A stretch of DNA of 64,000 bases from Vicugna vicugna. Lineage: Eukaryota. Each line of letters begins with the position of its first letter. The first letter of the stretch is position 1. The stretch lies in NCBI GenBank assembly GCA_013265495.1, contig MU058451.1:1340167-1404166 (forward strand), read 5' to 3'. The notes under the pieces are model-generated. The model did not search any database. It worked only from the letters and a program-made list of their open reading frames with translations, and was not told the origin of the DNA. The position numbers and the translations under genes were made by a program. Shown piece after piece: positions 49,201 to 60,930 of this stretch.

Positions 49201-50646
49201 TCTTGCCTTCAGATGACCAGTATAGGAACTAGACTGGACTCTGGGTATCACTGGGCAGAAACAGGTGGAGGTGGGGGAGCCTTCAAGAGACCAAAGAAAT
49301 AGCCAGGGAAGGGGCCGGGAACCAAGAGTGTAGTTGTATCATAGAAGCCAGGGAACAGCTCCTAGCCTGGCGGTGTTCCTCTGGAAAGAGACTCACGGCA
49401 CCATGCGGACTGCCCCTCACCATGGCCGTGCCAACTGAGAGACCAGGAGGGAGAAATCGGGTGCTTCCAGAAAGGGGGAAATCCTGGAACACTCTCACAT
49501 TTACATACATTCTGTGTCTTGTCACATATCTATGTCCTTGATTTGGGCTAATCTGGTGGGGGAAAAAAAACTCAATTCACCTGTCCGCTGCCTTTACTCT
49601 GGGTCTAAATGGTTGTTCACTGCTGCAGACCACCTGTGAGGAAAGTTCCTGAAGACCACCGGAGTCAGGAAAAATAAAAACAAGGTAATAAGTTTTCCAG
49701 TTGAAAGAGTTGCCCTTCATTTTGAACTAACATCCTTCCTACATTTTTGTCTGAGTGTTGAATACTCCATCTTTTTTGGACATGATGATAGTTCGAACAT
49801 GACTTTTTTGTGTCTGATTTTGGGAAAATAAAAATGTATCATCCCTTTTATGAATTTTCTTTTTTTTTTTGTAAAATTTTTTTTACTGGCAAACCCAGAA
49901 CTCTGAGATCCAGGGCTCCAGAATACAATAGAAGGAAAAAGAAGATTAATTTTTAAAAAATTCAAAGACAGGAACCTCAAAATTATTGTAGAAAAGGACG
50001 TTTTCCTAAGAAATTAATAAGGAAGAATACGATGTCTAGATATGTTACTTATCATTTGGAAAGGTTTTAAAATAAATCGGGTGGGTATGTTTCAACATAA
50101 AACTAAATAATTAGAATGAGTTTTGGACTAATTCAGTTCCAAGCTTTTGCATCTAGCATTTCGTTTGAGGTCGTTCTAATTTCATAGGGGAAGGCATCAT
50201 CTCTTCGGTGCTCACCTGGGCCAGGAACAGAGCAAAGACTTTTCACATTTCATCTGCTCCCAGCCACTCTCTTAGCCTCTCGCATTTACTCCATTTTACA
50301 GAAAGGGAATGTGCGAGTTTGGAGAAGTTAACAGACAATGGAAGAATTAAATTCTGTGCCATAAAACAACCAAAGTACACGCAACCTTTCCAAAATAACT
50401 GCCTTTTTGTTTCTCACTAGCAACCCTCATTTCTGTAATACCACAATTGACCACAAGGGAGAAGTATAGACATATTTTCATGTGTTCATTTTAAATGACA
50501 AGTTTTACCAATTTTTAGATTAATTAAAGCAGTTCAAAGTGCAAAGATATATGTTAACCATTTTTTCAGTGTTTCTGCTTTTATCCATACTATTATTTGG
50601 CTGGAGTGAAGATCCAAAATGCAAAAAAGTAAACAGGAGTCAGTAC

Positions 50647-50895
50647 TGCACTAGAACGTGTATTTTCATCTTAACAGTCCTGTGTGAAATGAGTGGGGGA
50701 AATTACTATAATTACGGCCACTTTACTCGTGTTAGACCCAGACCTTGTCTTTGAGAGTAAATATGGGGTGATAGAGTCTCTTGCTGTGTCTTTATGAAAA
50801 TACTAGTATCACTCTGGTCCTTCTCATGGAAAACCTACATCCCACATGTATAAATTCCTTATCTGTTTTAAGATGAAAATACACATTCTAGTGCA
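50647..50895. repeat. 28-bp inverted repeat with 193-nt spacer
   Basis: tgcactagaacgtgtattttcatcttaa (50647-50674) versus ttaagatgaaaatacacattctagtgca (50868-50895): 27/28 complementary. Confidence 0.95.
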
Positions 50896-51502
50896 ATGGG
50901 AGCCCCTAACATTTTGACACATGTGCGGAACCCAGTTTATAAGCCTCTTTGGGTTCCCTCCAGCAAGGACTGGTCTCTAGAAAGACCCGTTCCAGCAGCT
51001 GCTTTCTTGTTGGTTGCTTAGGAAGAAGTTCCTTCTCTAGGGAACGACATTTAATGAGCTCCATGGCTGCCTTCTGGAAGGGGACCGCATCACCAGCAGG
51101 GAATCCTGACATCGTGGGGGGTTGGGGGGTGGGAACACCATCACAGGGCTGTGTCCTTGGAGGAGGGCGTGGGCCTGGCCCCAAGTGGTGCCCAGGGCAG
51201 GTGTATGGGAAGGAGACTCCAGGTGGGGTGGACCTCCAGGAGAGAGGGATAGAGAAGGCAGGAAATCCATCCCATCCCTTCCGCAGGACCCCCACCAGCA
51301 CCACCACCCTCTGGGGACCCAGTAGTTTCCTGCAGCCTCTCTGAGCCCTGCTCATCCCAAAACTGTAAGCAGCGTAGCTCTGCACCACCTTATGTTTGCT
51401 CGCCCTCCTTCCCTGCCTCTCTTCCATTTCCCTCCACATTTCGCTCTCCTTGGATCACTGTTCCCCAGTCAGGTGTTAGCACGCATGCTTTTGCCTCAGG
51501 CT

Positions 51503-51516
51503 CTGCCCCCTAGGGA
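51503..51516 (-). promoter_or_regulatory. Candidate CTCF motif
   Basis: Reverse strand TCCCTAGGGGGCAG. Confidence 0.45.
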
Positions 51517-51673
51517 ATCCAGGATAAGACAATGTATTCTTATTGTAGAATTTGAAGTCTTCAAGAAGGCGTGTAATCCTGACCTTTGTATTCGTGACCA
51601 GTAATCTTAAACCACTTGAGCTTGAAAAAGCAGAAAGTAACCTCAGGGTTGATAAATGCAAGCAAAGGGTTTG

Positions 51674-51705
51674 CTGCAACTTACAAACTGGTCACTAGAT
51701 GGCAC
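51674..51705 (+). promoter_or_regulatory. Candidate CTCF motif with upstream (ZF9-11) module
   Basis: CTGCAACTTA, a 5-nt spacer, then TGGTCACTAGATGGCAC. Confidence 0.55.
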
Positions 51706-51971
51706 GCTGATCACAGCCTTGCATGACTGGGACGGTTGCATGACAAAACTCAAAAACTTGACCTTCAATTCCGTTATTTCTCTGATTGAACCCTGTGGTA
51801 AGTACTGGAGCTGCAGAGTTCCCAACACAGCAGAAACAGTGGCTATGGAAGCGAATAACATAGTGTGGAAATGTCTACTGACAGATGTGTTTACTGCCCT
51901 TGAAGGTGGATTTCAGTGACTCATTTTCTTATACTTGATAACAAATATATGTTATTACTTTAAAAATATCA

Positions 51972-54280
51972 TTTTTTTCAGATGAAATTCACATGACATT
52001 AAAATAAACTATTTTAAAGTGAATAATGTAGTGGACATTAGTACATTGACAATGTTATGCAACCACCATCTCCATCTAGTCTGTAAACATTTCCATCATT
52101 ACAAACTAACTACCTTTTAAGGGGTTTCTCCTTGTTCCCCCTCAACCCAGCCCCTGGCACCCGACCAATCTGCATTTTGTCCTAATGGATTGATTTATCT
52201 ATTCTGGATACTTCCTATAAACTGAATTACACAATATGTGATCTTTTGGCTTGGCTTCGTTAACTTAGCATAATGTTTTCCAGGAATGTCCACATTGTGA
52301 CATTTATTCATTTTTATGACTGATAATAGTGTATTATATGGTGATGGCACAATTGGTTTATTTATTCAGGACATTTGGGCTGTTTCCATCTATGGGCTTT
52401 GTGAATTGTGCTGCTATATACATTCATGTGCATATCCTTGTTTGAGTACCTGTCTTCAATCCTAGGAGTAGAATTGGTGGATCGTATGATAATGCTGTGT
52501 TTAGCTTTTTGAAGAACTCTCAAACTGTTTTCCACATCAGCTGAACCACTTAACAGTCCCACCAGTAACATGGGAAGATTACAATTTCTCCACATCCTCA
52601 CCAATACTTATTACTGTCCTCTTTATAATTATTAGCATAACCATCCTAGTGGGTGTGAACTGGTAACTCATTGTGGTTTTGTTTCAAATGTTGCGAATGA
52701 CTAATGATGGTAAGCATCTTTTCATGTGCGTGTTAATCACGAGTATAACTTCTTTGGAGAAATATCTAAGTCCTTTGCCCATTTAAAAAAATTTTAGACT
52801 GTCCTTTTGCTGTTGAGCTGTAAGACTTCTCTACATACTCTGGTTACTAGACCCTTATCAGAATACAATTTGCAAATATTTTCTCTCACTCTGTCAGTTA
52901 CCTTCACTTTCTTGGTAATACTATCTGATACACAAAGGTTTTTAATTCTGATGAGGTCGAATATGTCCTTTTTGTTGTTGTTGCTCATTTTTGTGATGTT
53001 AGATCCACTGCCAAATCCAACGTCTTGAAGATTTACCCCATGTTTTCTTCTAATAGTTTCATGGTTTTGACTGTTACATTTAAGTCATTTATACATTCTG
53101 AGTTAGTTGCTGGTGTGAGGTAGAGATCCAGCTTCACCCCTTGGCATGTGGACACCCCAATGTGCCATTTGTTGAAGAGACCATTATTCCTTATTGAATG
53201 GTCTTGACACTCTTTCAAAAATCAATTGACCATAGATGTATGGATTTATTTCTGATTCTAAACTCTAGTCCATTGGTCTTCAGTCTATCCTTATGCTAAT
53301 ATCACATTGTTTTGATTGCCGTAGCATTGCTGTAGTAAGTTTTGAAATTGGGAAATGTGGGTCCTCGGGCTTTGTTCTTTATCAGGATTGTTTTGGCTGT
53401 TGGAGGTTCCTTGCAATTTCGTATGAATTTGAGGATCATCTTTTCCATTTCTGCCTAAAGAGCCATTGGAATTTTTATAGAGATTGCATTGAATTTGTAG
53501 ATCACTTTATGTAGTGCTGACATCTTAACAACATTAAGTCTTCCAATCCATGAACACGGGACGCCTTTCCATTATTTAGTTGTTCACTTTATTTAAGCAA
53601 TGTTTTATGGTTTTCAGTGTACAAGTCTTTCACCTTCTTGGTTTAATTTATTCCTGGGTGTTTTATACTTTTGGATGCTATTACAAATGGAATTTTTTAA
53701 AAATTTCTTTTCAGATTGTTTATTGCTAGCATAGAGAAGCAGCTTATTTGCGTGTGTTGATCTTGGATCTTGCTGCTTTGCTGAGTTCATTCATTAGCTC
53801 TTGCAGCTTTTTGTGGATTTTTGTGGACTCTATTGTAAGTATACAGGACTAGGATCATATCATCTGAGATGAGATAGTTTTAATTATTTCTTTTTAATTT
53901 GGATGCCTTTTGTTTGTTTTTCTTATCTAATTGCTCTGGATAGAACTTCCAATGCAATATTGAACAGCAGAGGGGAAAGTAGGCATCTGTGACTTGCTCC
54001 TGATTTTAGGGGGAAAGCTTTCAGTCGTTCACCGTTGAGTTTGATGTTCGCTGTGGATTCTTCATAATTGCCCTTTATGATATGGAGAAAGTCCCCTTCT
54101 TTTTCTACTTTTCTGAATTTTTTTTATCATGATAGGGTATTAAATTTTGTCAATGGCTTTTTCTGTGTCAGTTGAGATGGTCATGTGGGTTTTTATTTTC
54201 CCTCATTCTATAACGTGATATGTTACAGGTTACATTGATTGATTTCATATGTTTGAAAAAACACCCTTGCTTTCCTGGGC
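51972..54280 (-). mobile_element. LINE-1 (L1MB/MC-like), about 2.3 kb of 3' UTR plus decayed ORF2
   Basis: Continuous L1 motifs. Minus-strand ORFs carry ORF2-like text (RENICKLYSDKGLVTRVCREVLQLNSK; GLFNKW...KLDLYLTP...INDLNV). Confidence 0.95.
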
Positions 54281-54989
54281 AATCCCTAATCCCAGATGGT
54301 TAAAACACCTCTTATCAGGCAGCTTCCTTAGGGGTACCCTAATTCTCACATGTTTCAATTCAGACATATTATCTCTTGTCCTGTCCTTGTGAAAATGGAT
54401 AACGCAAGGAACCACTTGTTGCTAGTGGAAAGTTGTGTCTTCCTCAGATGACTTAAACAGTGATCTGTTAGGCACATCTAATCCGACTGGCCATTGTAGG
54501 CAGGGTGGGGAGACAATCAGAGAACACTTGTGGTGAGAAGGGCCCTCAGTCACGGCCCTTCCCGGCTCTCCCCCCCTCCTTTTGCCCTCCAGTGGTTCTT
54601 CTCTGATCTTCAGATTAGCCACTTCCTGCCTCCTCTGCTGGGCTTTTCAAGAGTGTACAACCTTCTGAGCTAAACTTCCCAGGTAAGGATAGATCTACGT
54701 CTTTCAGCTCAGTATGTAGACATCAGGCATTTTTCAAATCATCTTCCTCAGAAAATAAGGAGGAAAACACAACCAAAAAGGAACAGATATCTTTATAGAT
54801 GACAAGTGCCTTTCCCTGGGTTGCTGTGGTTGGCACTGCCAGCTGAGCAGACAGACCTTGGCTTCTTTCCCCACGTCCACACCAGCTGAAGAACTCAGAG
54901 CCAGTGTAACTCTGTGGCTCATCCATTGGCCCTAGGTCACACCCAAGGCTAAGGTGGCCTTGTTGGTGGAGACATCCTTGGGGAGGCAA

Positions 54990-55225
54990 TGGGATGGGGC
55001 TGGTTAAAGGTTCAGATGCTGAACTAAAGAGAACTGGGTTTAAGCTCTGAGTCTGCTACCTATTCCCTGTGTGGCCCTTGGAAAGTTACTCAAGCTTTGT
55101 GGCCCTCAGTTTTCCTCTCTGTAAATGAAGAGAATCACAGACTTACTAATAGTCTAATGAGAGACTTAAAGCGTTACTATCTGTAAAGTGCATAGCATGA
55201 GACTTAGCGTGTTTACAATATTAAT
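54990..55225 (+). mobile_element. MIR SINE
   Basis: ctgggtttaagctctgagtctgctacctattccctgtgtggcccttggaaagttactcaagctttgtggccctcagttttcctctctgtaaatg. Confidence 0.85.
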
Positions 55226-55899
55226 GTGTCTCTTTCGATTTTAAAGCTTTGTGCTTTATGATACTGACTCAATAAGTCTCCTTTCTGTCTGAAGGATCCC
55301 AGGAACCATCAGATCATGTGCAGAGCTGGCGAGCTGCATTGTGCACCAGGGACCAGTGTCACCGGTCAAGCAATGTCCTGGTTGTTCTGTGACGACTGCG
55401 TGTCTCAGATGTCTCTAGAGAGCAGGCTTTTCCAAATCACCATCATTTCACAACAGAAACATAATTTAAACCAAAGAGTAGCATTAACTATTTTCTATTA
55501 GCACTAATTCATTAAATATTTATTGAGCACTTGCTTTGTACCAGAAAAACAATTTCATAAAAACCCACGCTGGAAAACCATGACCCTTGTGCTGAAGACA
55601 TTTACAGTTCAGTGACAAGAGCAAGCCATGGTCGTGCAGAACTGGGGCAGGGACATTGTTTCCAAGATTTGTGTCTCTGAACCAAGTAGTCCTTGTCTCT
55701 CTTTAGGCTCTGAGCTGTTAGTGTACCCACTTCAAATCTGAACCCCTGGAACAAGACCAAATGTGATAAGAATCTTGTTAGGCCCATGCACGTTAGAGTT
55801 CCTGGATGAATGGTAGGGTTTCTAAATTCTGTACTCTTTCAAACTTGCCCTTTTAAACTTTAGTGATAAATGATGACTCATGACATACTGTACACTGTC

Positions 55900-56150
55900 T
55901 GGCCCAAGTCAGAAATCTTGTAGTCATCATTAATTTCTTCCTGTCTTTCATCACCCACATCCAGTCAATTCGATTCTAGCTGTAAAATGTCTTTCAGAGT
56001 CACCCCTTGTGTCCCCACCACCACTCTCAGCCTCAGGACTTGGTCTCTCTTGCCTGGCTGTCCAGATGGGACCTCCTTCAATCCATCCTGCAAACCGCAT
56101 GCCAGTGAGCGTTCTAAGAGCCCAGGCTCTGGTGGATCACATCTTGAGAC
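55900..56150 (+). mobile_element. L2 fragment
   Basis: ccaagtcagaaatcttgtagtcatc...cacccacatccagtcaat...tctctcttgcctggctgt. Confidence 0.6.
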
Positions 56151-57609
56151 GTGAAACAAACTTACAAAGTGTGCTGTCAAAGCACCAACCAAAATTTTGA
56201 AAAATCGCACAGGTGAAAACTACAAAAGTAGCAATGGGGAAAGAGCCTACCTAAAGAGGGAAAAGCTCACTAGATTCTCAGAACCAGAGACCAGATTTCA
56301 ACATTTCCTAGGCTTCTAGGCATATTAAAGAAAGCCTTTTTTTTTGCCTCCTTTTTCTTTTCTGAAGTTTCTTTTATTTGGATCTGATGTTTTTTCACTA
56401 TAATTTTGAATCTGGGGCAAATCAAATATCATCATAGAACACTTGTTCAAAGGTCTGATAAATCTCCTTGTCTTATCATTTTTTCTAATACTAGTGAAAA
56501 TCTGCCTTCAGAAAGAAATAGCTTTAAACATCAAAACTTACTATTTTTTGATTTCTGTATCACACAGAAGAAGACTTTAGTACCTTTGTAAGACTGAGTA
56601 TTTATCATAGAAATGAAGAGTCTGTAGTGAAGTTTACAATTGACAATAAAATCACGCAGAAATAGCACAGTTCTTCCACAGAACAAGTCAAAGGACGCCT
56701 GCGGGGTTTGAGCTCATCTAAAATGTTTATGGTGGACTTTGTCCTTCTGCTCAGGGGTTCAGCCTCCCTGTTTGTGATGCACCAACAAACTGCAGGAGGC
56801 ATCACCAACGGCATTCAGAAGACCCACAAGAAAGGGGGCACTTTAGAACTGAGAGAGACTGGAGGCTTCATCCAGCCCAGGCCCCTAGTTTTCGATGAGA
56901 AAGCAAAGTTGGAAAAGGGAGTGGTTGCCCGGGGCCACCCAACTAGTCAGTTTCTCAGATCACCCCGCTTGTCACCCTAGGCAGCCTCCCCAGTGCTTGG
57001 CCAGTGCTCTTCGAAAGCAGCTGCAGAAAATAGCTGTCGTGGTGCCAAATCCTTATCTGCTGGTGTCCTTCAGATTGAGTGGGCTGTGTGCCAACGGGAA
57101 ACTCAGAGTCTGTGAATTCTAATCCAGGACAGTTTGGGTCAGAGGGTCTTAAATTTCCCTCCAGAGCAGAGGTTCTGTACCAGATCGGAGGGGAGCTGAA
57201 AGGCAGGGGTGCATACTGTGGGTGCGTCTGTATCAGCGCAGATGGCTGGTGCTGTTTTTAACCCCAGTGTGTTATAATGGCCGTATGATCAATCTTCGCA
57301 TTTTTCTATCCAGCTGTCCTAACCATGCACATATGTTTTATCAATCTACCCTCACACCCTAAAGTGAGCTAGGTGTGTTGCTTGTCGTGCAGATCAATAC
57401 CTTGGAGATTTCAAAATTTGGAAGAGGCCAATCCCTTTAGAGGAGAGCTGAAACAGAATCACAGTTAAAGGCTGAGAATTTTCAGATTTAAGGAAAAACC
57501 AGGGACTCTGAATACTCAGAGAGATTCCTAGCAATTTCTCCTCCATGCGGAGAAAATGACTTTTCTCAAACGGTCATCTCAGTGTGCAGGTGTTACTGAC
57601 GCTGAAACT

Positions 57610-57800
57610 AACAGACTCACATTTGTTGACCACCTATGATGCCAGGCCCTGTGCTAAGTGTGTGACATTCACTGCTGGTTTGAACCTTCATGAACAACTC
57701 CATCAGGTAGGTTCTATTCTATCTTAATTTTACAAGAGAGAAAGCTGAGGTTCAGTGATGTTAAGTCACTAGTAAGGCTGTGTTCTTCACTGCCATACTG
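57610..57800 (-). mobile_element. MIR SINE
   Basis: catttgttgaccacctatgatgccaggccctgtgctaagtg...aggtaggttctatt...ttttacaagagagaaagctgaggttcagtgatgttaagtcact. Confidence 0.85.
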
Positions 57801-57829
57801 GACGTTACCCTTGTCATCAGACTAGAGTT

Positions 57830-58105
57830 TGAAGCCCTTCTCCTGCTTTGTCCAGACTGGCCTCACCTGTTGGCTCTGTGGGAAACCTTCCATGATGATC
57901 CAAGGCTGGGTGTTGTGCCCTTCCTCGCAGAGCATCACCTTCCCTCATGGCACTCGGCACACCGTACATCAGTGATCCGTCCATTCATCCCTTTCTTTGT
58001 TCCTTGGCAGCTCTTTGAGGCCAGGCAACGCTGTCATTCATTTCATTCCTATGAGCACTGTCCTGGCTCATAGCAGATGATCAGTAAGTGTTTCTTGAAT
58101 AAATG
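57830..58105 (+). mobile_element. L2 3' end
   Basis: gggaaaccttccatga...agctctttgaggccaggcaacgctgtcattcatttc...cctggctcatagcagatgatcagtaagtgtttcttgaataaatg. Confidence 0.75.
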
Positions 58106-58129
58106 GCAGAGGTGGAAATTGACTTGACT

Positions 58130-58630
58130 ATATGTTTTGCTTATCTATTGCTGAGTTCAGAAACTACCCCCAATTCAGTAGCTTGAAACAGCAACTGTAT
58201 TATGATTATGTCTCACAATTTTGCAGGTCAAGAATTAGGACAGGGCCTGGTGGGGATGGCTCACCTCTGCCATCTGTCCTCCCGAGCTTCTTCACTTCCC
58301 TTAAGACACCTCCACTGTTGGCTCTGCTGGGATCATCCGTGTGGGGCCTCAGTCCTCACTGTCAGCTGGGCTCCTCAGTTCTTAGGGTCTCTCTCTCTCC
58401 TGTGGCCTCTCCATGCAGTCCCTTCAGAAACATGGTTGGAATTCTCACACGGAAGCTCAGGGATCCCAAATAAGTGCATGGAGAAGTGTCTAGTCCTTAA
58501 GGCTTAGGCTGGGAACTGTCAGAGTCACTGCTGCCACCTTCTATTGGTTAGAGCAGGTCCCTGGACCAGCCCTCCACAAGCGTGTGGGCAATGGGAGGCC
58601 CGGTTCACCAGAAACCATCTTTGATGGTTA
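58130..58630 (-). mobile_element. MaLR solo LTR (MLT1G/H-like)
   Basis: tatctattgctg...aaactacccccaattcagtagcttgaaacagca...tctcacaattttgcaggtcaagaattaggacagggc...cagagtcactgctgccaccttctattggttagagcaggtc. Confidence 0.85.
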
Positions 58631-59918
58631 GGTTCCCCATCGTCTAGTCCAGCCAACCCCATCCCAGCCCAAGCATCCAAAGAAATGGTGTCAGACAGAG
58701 GAGGTGGATAGCTTGGCCTACTCCATCACCACTGTTTGAGGGAAACCTGTCATGAGAGCACATAAAAGTCAGGGATTGCCAGAGCGTTGTGTGCATGTAA
58801 ACAGCGAGTGGTACAGTGCCTGGTCAGAAGCGCTGAAGATGTTCTGTTTAGAACATAACATCCAGCCTACGCCTGGCGATGCGGAGGTCTGAGATAGTGT
58901 TAGAACTGTGGTCTTTCCTCCCCTCACCGCTCCCTCCTTTTCTCTGTGTATATTGGGTTCACCCGCCTCGTCCCCTCAGGCTCCTGAGGCCTTGGCTTCC
59001 GCCCCTTCCAGCACTGCCCTTGGCCACTTTGATGCTCCTTTATTGGGCTCAGCCTGAGGAGTTCCTGCTATTACTTCTGCAAGAGGATACTCCCTCCTAA
59101 TTCCTGGCTCTCAGAACAGTTTCTTCAAGGATCATCCAAGTCCCCTGGACCGCGTGTTACTGAGTTTTTGAGTTTATGGGATCCTTTCTTTGCATTTGAA
59201 GATGCTAGCTTCCAAAGTATTTGAGAACTCTGTGCATTTTTGTTGTTGTTTTTGTTTCTCTTCTACTCACATTCTGCATGTCAAGGCCTTCAGTTACTTC
59301 AGTGATGTGCCCTGTAGAAGTTAATCAACATTATCATGAATCAATATATTTTCCCCTACTTGGCAAACCTACACGTGAAATCTCTTAACTGAGGAACAGT
59401 GCAAATGATTCCCCCATTTCCTTAAATAAATTTCTTACGTTAGTGCTATATAATGAGATGATTCTAACATAGCCCTCAGAGAATATTAACATAGGGGCAA
59501 AAGAAATTGGATTTTACAGCCATGAATTTGGAACATCACTTTCTCTTTCATCTGAAAACCAGGTCCAGTCCGGAGGCTACAAATGCTCAAAATTAAGAGC
59601 CTATAGGGACAGGAGAGATGGGTATGAGACAGAAAGAGTAGGAAATGGTACCGAGATCTTTCTGAGAGCAGCCTGTGTGGAAGCAGTACACACGTTGGTC
59701 CTGCTGATTTTTCAGCCTAGTCCAGAGCCATGTTGCCTGGAGAAGGCCTGCCCATCTAAGTTGTTATCTTAACCTCTCCAGAGAATCTTTTGGATCTAAT
59801 GTTTGCTCCTGTATCCAACCTGGACGTGATCTACAGGCTCCTGTCCTGCAGAGATCACCAGAAAAATCAAGAAAATGTGAATTTTATCAATGAAAAGGGC
59901 CTTAGGAATTATCTAGGT

Positions 59919-60520
59919 CAGTGGTTCTCAAACATTTTTGCCTCTGATATTTTTACATTTGAAAAAAAATCTTAAAGACCTTGAAAAACTTTTGTTTATG
60001 TGGCTTGTATCTGTTGATATTTACTGGATGGGAAGTCAAAGCTGAGAGGAAACTTCCATTAATTTATTTAAAAATAATAATGAACTAATTACATGTGAAA
60101 GTAAATAACATATTTTCAATGAAAGTAACTATGTTTTCCAAAATATTTTAGTGGGAAAAGTGGCAACGTTTTGCATTTATGCAGACCTCTTTAATATCTG
60201 ACTTCATAGAAGAGAGCCTTCTCATTTCTTCTTTCCACATCAATCTGTTGTGATATGTTATTTTGATTGATGTATAGGAAGAAAATTCAGCCTCATACCG
60301 AGTTGCAATTGTAAAGGAAAGAAGTGTTTTAATGGCCATTTTAGGTAATTGTGATATTCTTTGATTCTACACCTAGACTGCACAAGTATGGTTTCTGAAA
60401 AGTTGGCTACAATGTGAAATCTGAAATCATATCAATGAACTTTTTGGATTCTGTTACATCAAAATCTACTGGTCCATCTTGCACTCCTAAATGGATTTGT
60501 TTTGTATCCCATGTATAATT
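59919..60520 (-). mobile_element. hAT Charlie1-type transposon 3' end with transposase C-terminal relic
   Basis: TIR cagtggttctcaaac preceded by atctaggt (hAT target-like). ORF 60148-60339 (AIKTLLSFTIATRYEAEFSSYTSIKITYHNRL...MRRLSSMKSDIKEVC) resembles the hAT dimerisation domain. Confidence 0.88.
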
Positions 60521-60739
60521 TTTGATGTTAAGTGTTATTTATGATCTTCATTTTTAAAGAGAAAACCAAGTGAAAATTTCTCCTTCATGACAACAATATA
60601 GGACAACTAGATGTGGCATAAAAGAGCAAGGCGATAAACGTGATGGTGGGGAATGGCAGGACAAATGTGCAGATGAGGATTAAGGGACACCCGAACTATC
60701 GTTAGAGGAAGGAAAGAAATCAAGTCTTCAACTTTTTAA

Positions 60740-60930
60740 AAAAAATTAACGTTTATGGAATATTGCTCAGATGCTTTAAAGAATTATCTCATTTAATCCA
60801 TTTTCAATACAGTCTGTGATGTAGGATGTATCAGTTGCACCTCACAGAGAAGAAGGTAAATGGGTAAAGGTGCAGGGCTGTGGATGGCGGGGCTAGACTG
60901 GAACCAGCTACATCTGACACGGCAGCTTGC
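60740..60930 (-). mobile_element. MIR SINE
   Basis: ttaacgtttatggaatatt...attatctcatttaatcc...ggatggcggggctagactggaaccagctacatctgac. Confidence 0.65.

Noticed and set aside
50906..51439. Overlapping 177-aa and 131-aa ORFs
   Set aside because: GC-rich, low-complexity stretch that is open on both strands, with no domain similarity.
54583..54595. CTCF-like CCACTGGAGGGCA on the minus strand
   Set aside because: Mismatch at a core position, and isolated; such matches are frequent.
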